Source of the DNA: Bacteroidales bacterium
GTDB lineage: Bacteria; Bacteroidota; Bacteroidia; Bacteroidales; PXBB01
Assembly: GCA_003565735.1 (NCBI GenBank)
Contig: PXBB01000140.1
Coordinates: forward strand, 15,231 to 79,230
Reading direction: 5' to 3'
DNA length: 64,000 nucleotides
Part shown: piece after piece, positions 19,931 to 29,377 of the stretch
Layout of the letters: each line of letters opens with the position of its first letter
Position numbering within the stretch: position 1 is the first letter of the stretch
The notes under the pieces: model-generated
Seen by the model: only the letters and a program-made list of their open reading frames with translations
What the model was told of the DNA's origin: nothing
Database searches by the model: none
Program-made: the position numbers and the translations under genes

Positions 19931-20701
19931 CTATTGGTTCAGTATTTCTAAAACTTCTTTTGTAATATCATACTTTTCGTTTGCCAACAAAATGCCACTT
20001 CCCTTGGAATAGCCTAAAACATAATCAAAGTCGTGCAATTTATTATATTGATGAATGGCTTTAGTAATACTATCCAAGAGAGCCTCCTGATGCGAAAACT
20101 CCATTTCGATAAGTTCTTCGGACATACTTTCTCTTAGCATCAACAATTGCTCTTGTTTTTGCATAAGGTCCATTTCAAGGCGTTGCGCTTCTGCGGAACT
20201 TATCGCATAAGACTGGACTTTTTTCTGAAAATCTTCCACTTCCTTTTCAAAGTTTCTAAATCTGCGCCCTATTTCATTTTCCAATTGGCTCTTGCGGTTT
20301 TGAATTTTTTCTTTATAAGTATCAAAAAGCCTGTATTGCTTCATTAGTGTGTCAGAGTTCACATAGGCTATATTGTATTTTATTCCGTCAGAGGAATCGC
20401 GCAGGCTCACAGGCCCCGCATCCTGGATTTCAGCTGTGTTGTTTTGCGTAAAAAAAAGAAACCCGACCAACACCAGCAAGAAGGCATTTAAAAGTAAACT
20501 TAGATGTGTCTTCCTCTTTAAGCTGTTGCATTCGCAATCTTTTGCCTGTTTTTGAGGATTTTCAAAATCATTGGCGCCGATATCCTGAGCTTGTTTTTCA
20601 TTTTCAGGATTTTCATTCTTTTCCATAATTATAAAATTGTTATTAACTGACTGATATAATAATTTGTAAAAATACTTAATAATTTTATAACGCACCAACA
20701 C
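19931..20701 (-). CDS. OmpH/Skp family protein with an N-terminal membrane anchor (true start probably downstream, MEKNENP)
   Basis: IAYVNSDTL, long coiled coil, FDYVLGY...DITKEVLEILN. Confidence 0.85.
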   Translation of the reverse strand: MLVRYKIIKYFYKLLYQSVNNNFIIMEKNENPENEKQAQDIGANDFENPQKQAKDCECNSLKRKTHLSLLLNAFLLVLVGFLFFTQNNTAEIQDAGPVSLRDSSDGIKYNIAYVNSDTLMKQYRLFDTYKEKIQNRKSQLENEIGRRFRNFEKEVEDFQKKVQSYAISSAEAQRLEMDLMQKQEQLLMLRESMSEELIEMEFSHQEALLDSITKAIHQYNKLHDFDYVLGYSKGSGILLANEKYDITKEVLEILNQ

Positions 20702-20865
20702 TTTTAAAATTGTTTCGCTCTAATCATAGCATATTACAGCTCAAATTAGCTCTTTCGTAAATCAGCAATCTGCAAGAAATTAATAAGAACGAAGGCTTTT
20801 TTACCAAGTTATAAGTACTTCAATAGAACGTATTAAATCTCACGGACAAAAACACAATTGGTTTA

Positions 20866-21339
20866 TTAATTTTCAAACCAAAATTTATGTAATTCATCTT
20901 CAGTGCGCGTAAAAATGCTTATTGTGCTTAAATCTTTAACACGCCCCTGCTTAAAGTTATAAATTGAAAGACCCTCAATAATGATGTTTTGTCTGTAGAG
21001 AACATTATTAGAATCAATTAAAATTGGAAAGTCATTATGCACAGGGAAATTGTCCTTAAACTCAGGCAATGCTCCTCTGGGAATAACAAAATGAAATGCT
21101 TTGGTTTGACCGGATACATGTTCAGAGAGGAATCGTAAATGATTATGGATACAAGGCTTACATCCCATAAAATCTATCAAAACCAATCTTGAATTCAGCG
21201 TATCGGTATTGATATCAAATGTATTGGACAAGTACCTTTTGAGATTGCTTTCGTTAAGCGCTGCCTGTTTTGACTCCTTACTTTGACAGGCACTAAGAAA
21301 AAATACAAAGACCCAAATTAGAATACTGATATTCTTCAT
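20866..21339 (-). CDS. Thioredoxin-like lipoprotein
   Basis: Lipobox LSAC; CKPC after a beta strand (LVLIDFMGCKPCI); ILIDSNN. Confidence 0.55.
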   Translation of the reverse strand: MKNISILIWVFVFFLSACQSKESKQAALNESNLKRYLSNTFDINTDTLNSRLVLIDFMGCKPCIHNHLRFLSEHVSGQTKAFHFVIPRGALPEFKDNFPVHNDFPILIDSNNVLYRQNIIIEGLSIYNFKQGRVKDLSTISIFTRTEDELHKFWFEN

Positions 21340-21349
21340 TTTTACAAAA

Positions 21350-22531
21350 CTAATTCATATACTCATAGATTCCTCTGATAATGTAATTTCTATTGCCTTT
21401 AATTTGCAAATGCAAATACTCTTGATTGTTAATTCTCGGGAGATAGGGTATTATATGATATGGGGGTATAAAGTACTCTCCAATTATATTTAAGTTTTCA
21501 TCAATGACCATAATAGATAGGTTTCTGTCGTGCTCGGTATTCTTTTCACCCACCTCATTAAGGACATTTTGCTCATGATGTACAATTCTGTACAAATACC
21601 GGTTTTTGGTATCATAAACAATTTGGTAATAATAGGGGTAACATGTTTGTGCTTCGACTAAGTTATTAAAGGTTACAGGTTCTCCTCTTTCAAAAGCCAC
21701 CATTTTATCTATATACAAGCTTTTACATTCCTTTTTTTTAAGCAACTCGCCGGTTATACTGTATTTATACAAATAGTGGTCTATGGGGAATGACAGCACA
21801 AGTGTTGAATCATTAATAAAAGCTTTGGAGTGATTTAAGGCGTGATTGCCATAAAAATCGCCTTTGCCATAAATATCGGGTTTGGCATAAATAAAATATG
21901 CTTCATCTGTAGCAATATTTAAAACCAATTCTGTGGGTACTTCATTTACATCAAATGCCTCGTAAGGGGGAAAAATGATATCGGTTTTTAAAAACAAAAG
22001 CTGCTTTTCTTTATTGTAAATCGTTCTGTTTGGGCCGAAATATTCTGAACTCACGTTAAAAAAAACATGGTCAATGCCTGTGAGTTCAGCTATATCCCAT
22101 TTTTTATATACATTGCCTTTTATATCTAAAAGAAAAATGGCATAATCTAATCTACTTCTGTCTTCCGTCATATAATTGGTAGAAATAAAAATAGTGTCAG
22201 AGTTTACATAATAATAATCTAAAAAACGGTCTATATCATAAGTTTCCAAAAAGCTATTCAAATGTAAAGTGTCGTTTCTTGTATTTTGGCCATAGCCCAA
22301 AAAAACAATTAGGTTATCATTCATTTGATAAAAGGTAATTAATGTATCACCTGTAATCTTGTCATTATGAATTATTTCGCTTGAAAAGTATGTGCGATTC
22401 GTTCTGTCAATGATTAAAACATCCTTTAATTTGAAATGCTCAAAAAAGCATTTTTTCTCTGTTTCTATCTTACACGACTGACTTAATACAAGTAGTAATA
22501 ATAATTGTGTGAATATTGTGATTTTTTTCAT
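21350..22531 (-). CDS. Beta-propeller lipoprotein (DUF4221-like)
   Basis: Lipobox SQSC; LVLSFP.DH.LY, YYQIVYD..NRYLYRIV, SIMVIDENLNIIGEY resemble DUF4221 proteins. Confidence 0.6.
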   Translation of the reverse strand: MKKITIFTQLLLLLVLSQSCKIETEKKCFFEHFKLKDVLIIDRTNRTYFSSEIIHNDKITGDTLITFYQMNDNLIVFLGYGQNTRNDTLHLNSFLETYDIDRFLDYYYVNSDTIFISTNYMTEDRSRLDYAIFLLDIKGNVYKKWDIAELTGIDHVFFNVSSEYFGPNRTIYNKEKQLLFLKTDIIFPPYEAFDVNEVPTELVLNIATDEAYFIYAKPDIYGKGDFYGNHALNHSKAFINDSTLVLSFPIDHYLYKYSITGELLKKKECKSLYIDKMVAFERGEPVTFNNLVEAQTCYPYYYQIVYDTKNRYLYRIVHHEQNVLNEVGEKNTEHDRNLSIMVIDENLNIIGEYFIPPYHIIPYLPRINNQEYLHLQIKGNRNYIIRGIYEYMN

Positions 22532-22730
22532 AAAAAAGGTTTAATAAATGACTTGCATTTTTTATCTTAACGCAAACTTACATAAAAAAGAAAAAAAGAC
22601 GGTCATGAAAGTATAATATCATACTTATCGGCTAAAAATATGATTATTTGTTCATTTTTTTCATTAAACAACATGCAACTAAAAGTCGTTCATATAAACA
22701 CAAATTTCAAGACCGTCTCAATATTAATGT

Positions 22731-23288
22731 TTATTCAACGCTTACAAATTCGTAGCCATATACATTTTCGTTAGATTCTAAAGTCTTAGTGTATTTAACA
22801 ACAGTAAGTACCCCCTCTCTTAGCATATCCAAATATTGTTGATTTTCAGGATTATAAAATTCAGGTAATAACAAATAAACGCCTTCATCATAGTTCAGAA
22901 AAAACTCTGCCGTGTTCTCTTCTGCAATGAAATTATCCAATAAATCAACATATTGCAAATATTCATCATAATTCTCACCTTGATAACCACCATAAGCTTC
23001 ACCCCTGATTACTACTTCAAATGCGCAATTGCTTCCCATAAAATTACAATGTGCATAGGGAAAAGGTCCATTTTCATGGTTAGGCAAATAATCATTCAAT
23101 GTCAAATGCCTTATCGCGATACTTTCATTTGTTGAAGGTCCACTTGGTGCACTTGGAGCACTTTTAATATCAAAAACTGTCGTTTCTGTTTTATTCTTTG
23201 TGTAATTCTCTTTCTCACATGATACCATAATGGCAATAATAAAAGAAAGAATTAATACGGAGCTAATAATTTTTTTAAGATTTTTCAT
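22731..23288 (-). CDS. Hypothetical acidic surface lipoprotein
   Basis: Lipobox MVSC followed by EKEN (export-signal-like); SAPSAPSGPS linker; CNFMGSNC pair. Confidence 0.7.
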   Translation of the reverse strand: MKNLKKIISSVLILSFIIAIMVSCEKENYTKNKTETTVFDIKSAPSAPSGPSTNESIAIRHLTLNDYLPNHENGPFPYAHCNFMGSNCAFEVVIRGEAYGGYQGENYDEYLQYVDLLDNFIAEENTAEFFLNYDEGVYLLLPEFYNPENQQYLDMLREGVLTVVKYTKTLESNENVYGYEFVSVE

Positions 23289-23442
23289 TTTCTTGTAATT
23301 TTAGTTTAAAAAATTTTTATTTGAATTATATTTCCTTTTCGCCAAGCCCCATATTTATAAAGTAGCTTCGGGAAACAGACGCACAAAACTTTTTCCTATC
23401 GGAACATAGTTTTGTGTTGTATTAATTATTACTTTTGCAGCG

Positions 23443-23520
23443 CATTTGGTTTCGTTACTAAATGTAATACTTTAGCGAGTAGCCGACCTCAGGTTCTGCA
23501 AGACCGGGGTCGGTTTTTTT
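23443..23520 (+). ncRNA. Candidate ~78-nt sRNA antisense to the leader of the lipoprotein cassette
   Basis: TACTTTTG at 23430-23437; imperfect hairpin ~23454-23483; terminator GCCGACCTC...GGGGTCGGT plus T run (23482-23520); opposing promoter TATGTTTG on minus at 23543-23536. Confidence 0.4.
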
Positions 23521-24256
23521 AATTAAACGATTTTGCAAACATAGTAAATATTTTTATATAAAAAAACATTTTGTCGTTTTTTTTTTTTATTTATCTATTA
23601 TTATAAATATTTAATGAACATATATTGATTTTTTAAAAAGTACTGCATTCTTTCTATTTAGCATTTTTACTGAGGGTTTATTAGTTCAACGCAGCAAATA
23701 AGCATTTGCAGAGTTTAGAAATTCCGATGTGTTATTTTATTGAGGTTTGCGTTACTCTATAATAAAAGAGAAAAAAAAGACAATAAGGATAGCTCTCGTG
23801 CAGTTTAAATATGTGTTTTGCATTTGAAGATTTTCTTTTTAATGTATCTGATACTCATAAAAAAAGAACTTTTTTATTTCACGTTACATACCACATCAAT
23901 GAGCTTTAATCAAAAATGAGCACTCTCTTCATTTTATCTAAACTCCCTATCCAGTTAGGGTTTCAATGTAAATAATACCAAAAACTTATAACAAAGTTTT
24001 TCACGTAGCAGATTAACCAAACATTGACTTTCTGTACAGCATTTCATCAAAGCTAACATCATTATTCAAGTATGTCATAATTTTTTTGCTATTTGTTAAT
24101 GTCCTAACGGATAAAAACGCCATTGGTTTATTGATTTTTTATTGAGATAAAGCCCTAACGGTCTATTTGAATATCTATATCTAAGCCGGGACGAAGGCCT
24201 CATTAATGGCAAGAATAAGAAAGATTGATGCATCTCAGATAAGCTCAGGTATTTTT

Positions 24257-25474
24257 TTACTGAAATGCAGCAATAAGCAGTTCGAGGTCTTGAAAAGGTA
24301 TGTTAAAACGTTTTCCGATAAACCTGTTAGTAAGGATGCCAGCATACATATAAACGCCATTTCTGATGCCGGCATCATATTTTATCAGGTTTTCAATACC
24401 GCCATTATCTCCCATAGTAGTAATAAGAGGCGCCAAAAAGTTGTTCAACGCATAGGAGGCTGTTTGCGGCACCTTAGAGGGGATGTTGGGGACACAGTAG
24501 TGTGTCACTTTATGCTTAACAAATACAGGGTTATTGTGTGTGGTTATTTGTGCTGTTTCAAAACAGCCTCCCCTATCAATAGACACATCCACAACGACTG
24601 CCCCCTGCTTCATTTCTTTCACCATATCTTCGGTAACAATGCAGGGCGTATAATTATCGCTGCTGTGAACTGCTCCAATCACAACATGCGCCTTTCTAAG
24701 CGCCTTAAGAAGTATTTTAGGCTGAATAATAGAGGTGAACACACGCATACTCATATTGTTTTGAACCCTGCGCAACTTATAAATAGAGTTGTCAAAAATT
24801 TTCACGGATGCCCCCAGTCCAATAGCGGCTCTGGCAGCATACTCGCCAACAGTACCGGCACCAATGATAACAACTTCGGTAGGTGTAATTCCCGAAAAGC
24901 CACCCATCAACATACCTCTGCCATAGTGCGTATTACCTAAAAGTTCTGCCGCAATAAGCACACTTGCATTGCCTGCTATTTCACTCATTGCACGTACCAA
25001 AGGGAAAGTACCTGCTTTATCTTTGATAAATTCAAATGACAATGCTGTAATCCTTTTATCAGCCAGCTTACGAAAATATTCTTCATTTTGAACTGTATAG
25101 TTAAGCACAGATACAACAGTTTGTCTGGGTTTTAAAATCTCAATTTCAGCAATAGTCAAAGGAGCCACCTTAATGATGATATCGGCCTTAAACACATCCG
25201 CCTTTTCATATTTAACCACTGCTCCTGCTTCAGCATATTCGGCATCGGGGAACCGTGCATTTTTTCCGGCGCCGCTTTCTATAAAAACAGTATGTCCGTT
25301 TTGAATCAATAAGTTAACACCTTCGGGGGCTAAAGCCACGCGGTTTTCTTCAAAAGATGTTTCCTTGGGCACCCCTATTGTTATTTTTTTATGTGTCTGG
25401 TATATTTTCAAGGCTTCCTCCTTTGGCATACAATCAGCCTTTCCAGTTGATTTAAAAAAATTTGAACTTGTCAT
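24257..25474 (-). CDS. ald: Alanine dehydrogenase (Bacteroidota long form)
   Basis: IGVPKE...ENRVAL, MSEIAG, GAGTVG, VDVSIDRGGCFET, HYCVPNIP. Confidence 0.9.
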   Translation of the reverse strand: MTSSNFFKSTGKADCMPKEEALKIYQTHKKITIGVPKETSFEENRVALAPEGVNLLIQNGHTVFIESGAGKNARFPDAEYAEAGAVVKYEKADVFKADIIIKVAPLTIAEIEILKPRQTVVSVLNYTVQNEEYFRKLADKRITALSFEFIKDKAGTFPLVRAMSEIAGNASVLIAAELLGNTHYGRGMLMGGFSGITPTEVVIIGAGTVGEYAARAAIGLGASVKIFDNSIYKLRRVQNNMSMRVFTSIIQPKILLKALRKAHVVIGAVHSSDNYTPCIVTEDMVKEMKQGAVVVDVSIDRGGCFETAQITTHNNPVFVKHKVTHYCVPNIPSKVPQTASYALNNFLAPLITTMGDNGGIENLIKYDAGIRNGVYMYAGILTNRFIGKRFNIPFQDLELLIAAFQ

Positions 25475-25613
25475 TTGAAGTGTATTAGTTGGTTTTTCAA
25501 ATTTACGAATTTTTTTTGTAAAAATGCTTTTGTCATTAATTATTAGAATCCTAATTTTGCAGGGTAAAAATCAACAACATAATATGGACTTTAAATAAAA
25601 TCTGAAAGCCCTC

Positions 25614-26945
25614 ATGTCAAAGACACATTTAAGAGCTATAGAAAAAGCCGATCCCACAAACATCAAAAAGCACCAGGAAGACCTCATGTGTAAAATGTTG
25701 GCATACGTACAAAACCACTCGCCTTACTATGCCCGGCTTTTTAAAAAACACCGTATTGATATAAAAAAAATAAAAAAACTTGAAGACCTTAAACATATCC
25801 CTGTTACAACCAAGGAGGATTTACAAGCATACAACAAAGATTTTTTTTGTGTGCCTACCGAAAACATTATTGATTATGTTACAACATCGGGAACACTTGG
25901 CGAGCCGGTAACTTTTATACTAACAGAAAATGATTTGCAGCGTCTTGCCTACAATGAATATCTTAGTTTTTTATGCACAGGAGGAACATCAGCCGACATT
26001 TACCAGTTGATGACAACAATAGACAGGCGTTTTATGGCCGGCTTGGCTTATTTTTTGGGTGCAAGGAAACTGCAAGCCGGTATTATAAGAGTGGGTAATG
26101 GCATACCGGAGCTTCAGTGGGACTCCATAAAGCGTGTTAAACCGACAAATATCATTGTGGTGCCTTCTTTCATCCTGAAAATTATTGATTATGCTAAAAA
26201 ATATCAAATAGACTATAAATCAACCCACATTAAAAAAGCAATATGTATTGGTGAACCGCTCAGAAAAGCAGACTTTTCGCTGAACTTACTGGGGCAAAAA
26301 ATAACAGAAGCGTGGCCAATCAAGCTTTTTTCCACTTATGCTTCCACAGAAATGGCTACAGCTTTTACAGAATGTCACCAGGGCAGAGGTGGCCACCAAC
26401 AGCCTGAACTTATTATCACTGAATTTTTAGATAATAATAACCGTGCTGTACTCCCTGAGGAATTAGGGGAGCTGACCATTACGACATTAGGCGTTGAAGG
26501 TATGCCTCTTTTAAGATTTAAAACCGGCGATATGTGCCACCATCACACAGAAAAATGCTTATGTGGCCGCAACACCATGAGGTTGGGTCCCATAGCCGGA
26601 CGCAAAAAGCAAATGATAAAATTCAAAGGAACCACCCTCTACCCCCCAGCCTTCTATGATATTTTAAACAATCTTGAGAATATTGACAACTATGTCGTTG
26701 AAGTTTTCACTAATTCTATTGGAACAGATGAACTTATTGTATATATTGATACCAAAAAGGCAGAAAAGCAATTTGAAAAAAATATTAAAGATATTTTCAG
26801 AGCCAAACTACGTGTAACACCAGACATCATTTTTAGAAATGAACGTGAAATAAAAATAATGCAAGACGCCGATAATGGCAGAAAACCACGCTATTTTATC
26901 GACAGAAGAAATGCCACACAAAAGAAAACGGACTTTGAAATATAA
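25614..26945 (+). CDS. Phenylacetate-CoA ligase-like (PaaK/F390) adenylating enzyme
   Basis: TTSGTLGEP, STYASTE, LLRFKTGD, GRKKQMIKFKGTTLYP. Confidence 0.85.
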   Translation: MSKTHLRAIEKADPTNIKKHQEDLMCKMLAYVQNHSPYYARLFKKHRIDIKKIKKLEDLKHIPVTTKEDLQAYNKDFFCVPTENIIDYVTTSGTLGEPVTFILTENDLQRLAYNEYLSFLCTGGTSADIYQLMTTIDRRFMAGLAYFLGARKLQAGIIRVGNGIPELQWDSIKRVKPTNIIVVPSFILKIIDYAKKYQIDYKSTHIKKAICIGEPLRKADFSLNLLGQKITEAWPIKLFSTYASTEMATAFTECHQGRGGHQQPELIITEFLDNNNRAVLPEELGELTITTLGVEGMPLLRFKTGDMCHHHTEKCLCGRNTMRLGPIAGRKKQMIKFKGTTLYPPAFYDILNNLENIDNYVVEVFTNSIGTDELIVYIDTKKAEKQFEKNIKDIFRAKLRVTPDIIFRNEREIKIMQDADNGRKPRYFIDRRNATQKKTDFEI

Positions 26946-27122
26946 TCTGGCAAAAAACTTATGAAATATCGTTTCGTAAGAGTTTTAGAATCCCTCTGAA
27001 CAAGACAGAATTTTAATTTTTATCGGAATTCATTGAACCGGTTGGAAAAAAGCGACGTGCATGTATAAAACACATGAAGCATTTTCAATAGTTCCGGTTA
27101 TTCTGTTGAGAACAACAAATAT

Positions 27123-27659
27123 TTAAAGCCCTAATTTCTTTTTCACCAAAGGTAAAATATCGTCTCCGGCCTCGTATAGTAAAGCTCCTGAAGCAACATC
27201 AAGGATATAAGTATAACCATTCTCTTTGGCTACCTCTTCTATAGCTTTTTTAGCCTTATCAACAATAGGTCCCAGTAGTTCTATCTCTCTCTTTTCTAAA
27301 TCCTGCTGGGCAGACAACTGAAAATTCTCTATGCGCATTTGAAGCTCTTGAAGTTCATTAGTTCGGGTTTGCCTAATAAGCTCAGACATGGTTGCTTGTT
27401 GTTCTAAAAATTCTTTATATTTCTTTTCGAATTCATTGCCCATATTCATAAGCTGTTGTTCGAGCGTTTTGGCATGTTGTTCTAATTTTTTTTGTGCATC
27501 TTCGCGCTCCGGCATCAGTTTTAAAAGCTCATTGGAATCTATATGTCCAATCTTTATCTTGCCTTGTGCTAGTACTTGTGTTGATAAAACTAACATTAAC
27601 ACAACAACCGAAAACATTGATATCTTTTTCATGGTAAAAGGTTTAAAAAATTTATGCAT
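27123..27659 (-). CDS. skp: OmpH/Skp periplasmic chaperone
   Basis: Signal peptide, KIGHIDS, coiled coil, VAKENGYTYILD...DILPLVKKKLGL. Confidence 0.88.
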   Translation of the reverse strand: MHKFFKPFTMKKISMFSVVVLMLVLSTQVLAQGKIKIGHIDSNELLKLMPEREDAQKKLEQHAKTLEQQLMNMGNEFEKKYKEFLEQQATMSELIRQTRTNELQELQMRIENFQLSAQQDLEKREIELLGPIVDKAKKAIEEVAKENGYTYILDVASGALLYEAGDDILPLVKKKLGL

Positions 27660-28003
27660 TTAAATTAAAAAAAATTGCTGTCATTCAAATCTTCTGCAAA
27701 TCTACAATTATTTATTTAACAGAATCTGTTTTTTGTTTTTTTAACATCGCTTTTGTGATAATATTGCCTATGGTGCTTTTTAGTTTTTTTAGAAAATGTA
27801 AATGCATTTCAAAAAACTTTTATAGAAGCTAACCTAAACACTAAATTCCAGACTAAGAAAATACTGACAATAAAGGTTTAGAAATCGGCTGCTTTGATTA
27901 TTAAAAAATATAGCGTTAAAAAGTGTTAAAGCTTGTTTTGCAAACATTAAAATATGTACTTTTGTATTGTTTTTATTAAGTCTAATTTAAATTATAAAAT
28001 ATT

Positions 28004-28615
28004 ATGAAAGCAATAAAATCACTAATAATCGTGCTAACAGTATTAATTTATGCACCACAAGTACATGCTCAAGTTCATATTATAGAGCAGCAAGGGATGA
28101 GTTTTTCTCCCTCACATTTAGAAGTTCACGTAGGCGACACCATTAGATGGTTATGGAGTTCGGGCACACACACAACAACATCTGTGAATATACCATCAGG
28201 TGCAAATTCATGGAACCACCCACTGACGCAGTCAGACACATCATTTGATTATATAGTGCAAGTGCCGGGAACATACAACTACCACTGCACCCCACATGCA
28301 CCGGGTATGGCAGGCAGCTTTGAGGTTTTATTAACAACCGGAACCGGACAACAAAACTTTTTGCCAGTAGAAAGAGACGTGAAAATATATCCAAACCCGG
28401 CCAGAGAACACGTGCATGTGTATATGGCTTCCCGCCCTGACAGATGTCTTATAAGAGTTAATGACATTATTGGCAATTTGGTGAAAGAGCAGTTCTGCAA
28501 TACCAGCTCTGAAACAAAAATGTTTGTAGGCGATTTATCTGATGGCCTGTACTTTTTGCGTATTACCGATGGTGCCGACATCATATCAGAACAAAGAATA
28601 ATTGTAACGAACTAA
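28004..28615 (+). CDS. Plastocyanin/azurin-like blue copper protein with a T9SS C-terminal sorting domain
   Basis: Signal peptide; FSPSHLEVHVGDTIRW; type-1 Cu ligands H (GTHT) and C-x2-H-x3-M (YHCTPHAPGM); CTD IYPNPA...LSDGLYFLRI...RIIV; promoter TACTTTTG at 27957-27964. Confidence 0.88.
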   Translation: MKAIKSLIIVLTVLIYAPQVHAQVHIIEQQGMSFSPSHLEVHVGDTIRWLWSSGTHTTTSVNIPSGANSWNHPLTQSDTSFDYIVQVPGTYNYHCTPHAPGMAGSFEVLLTTGTGQQNFLPVERDVKIYPNPAREHVHVYMASRPDRCLIRVNDIIGNLVKEQFCNTSSETKMFVGDLSDGLYFLRITDGADIISEQRIIVTN

Positions 28616-28667
28616 GTATTAAATCAAAAATAAATTGTAATTTTGTATAAGTATTTATTGAAAGTGT

Positions 28668-29168
28668 ATGAAGCATTTTTTGAAAAATATAACTTTATCG
28701 GTGGTGTTGTTAATGTTTCTGGTCACTACATTAGGATTCAGCATTAACAGACACCACTGTGCTTCGTGCAACACCAGTGAGCTTTATTTATTTACACATC
28801 CTGAATGCTGCCATCAAAAAGAAACAGCACATAAAGATACCGAAACTTCATGCTGTACAGAAGCACCTGAGAAAACTTGCAATATTAACACTGTAAGCAC
28901 TTCCAAATCATGCCATACACATTCATGTTGTTTTGATACCGCATATTTTTTTAAACTCAGCATAGAGTATATAAACACTGAAACACCAATAATCAGAGAA
29001 AACATCTCTGAAGTTTTGCCGTTTTTATACAGCCTGATAACCTTATATCAAACTACCGGCCTCTTATCTGTAGTAGGTAACAAAATAAATGATCCCCCCT
29101 TGATTAGATGGACAGGGATTGATTTTATTCGTTACACTTCCAAGTACATCCTTTACGACAAAGTTTAA
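28668..29168 (+). CDS. HYC_CC_PP-family Cys/His-rich protein
   Basis: Signal-like N-terminus, HHCASC, three CC pairs, C-terminal DPP; own promoter TAATTTTG at 28638-28645; upstream of a TonB receptor. Confidence 0.7.
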   Translation: MKHFLKNITLSVVLLMFLVTTLGFSINRHHCASCNTSELYLFTHPECCHQKETAHKDTETSCCTEAPEKTCNINTVSTSKSCHTHSCCFDTAYFFKLSIEYINTETPIIRENISEVLPFLYSLITLYQTTGLLSVVGNKINDPPLIRWTGIDFIRYTSKYILYDKV

Positions 29169-29377
29169 CAGAAGACTTACTATATAAGTAGCTCTGGTTT
29201 ATAAGCTTTGCGTTCTCTGCATATTTTGTGCAGAAGCCTTTGCAAGTTCAACAATACAAAATCGAACTGAAGCTTCTTTTGAATTCTTAAAATGGATACG
29301 AAGAACCAAAAGCTTGAATATTAACCAACTACTTATCAATTCGATATTTTATTGTTAAACCATTAAAAGGATGACAA

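Noticed and set aside
23550-24250. Long AT-rich intergenic stretch as a possible gene remnant or array
   Set aside because: No sustained ORF, repeat periodicity or recognisable motif found by eye.
24206-24940. 244-aa plus-strand ORF
   Set aside because: Almost entirely antisense to alanine dehydrogenase; shadow ORF. The same applies to the many short antisense ORFs in the track.
25614-26945. Flexirubin/aryl-polyene biosynthetic cluster
   Set aside because: Only the CoA-ligase-like gene is present; no ketosynthase, ACP or dar genes nearby.
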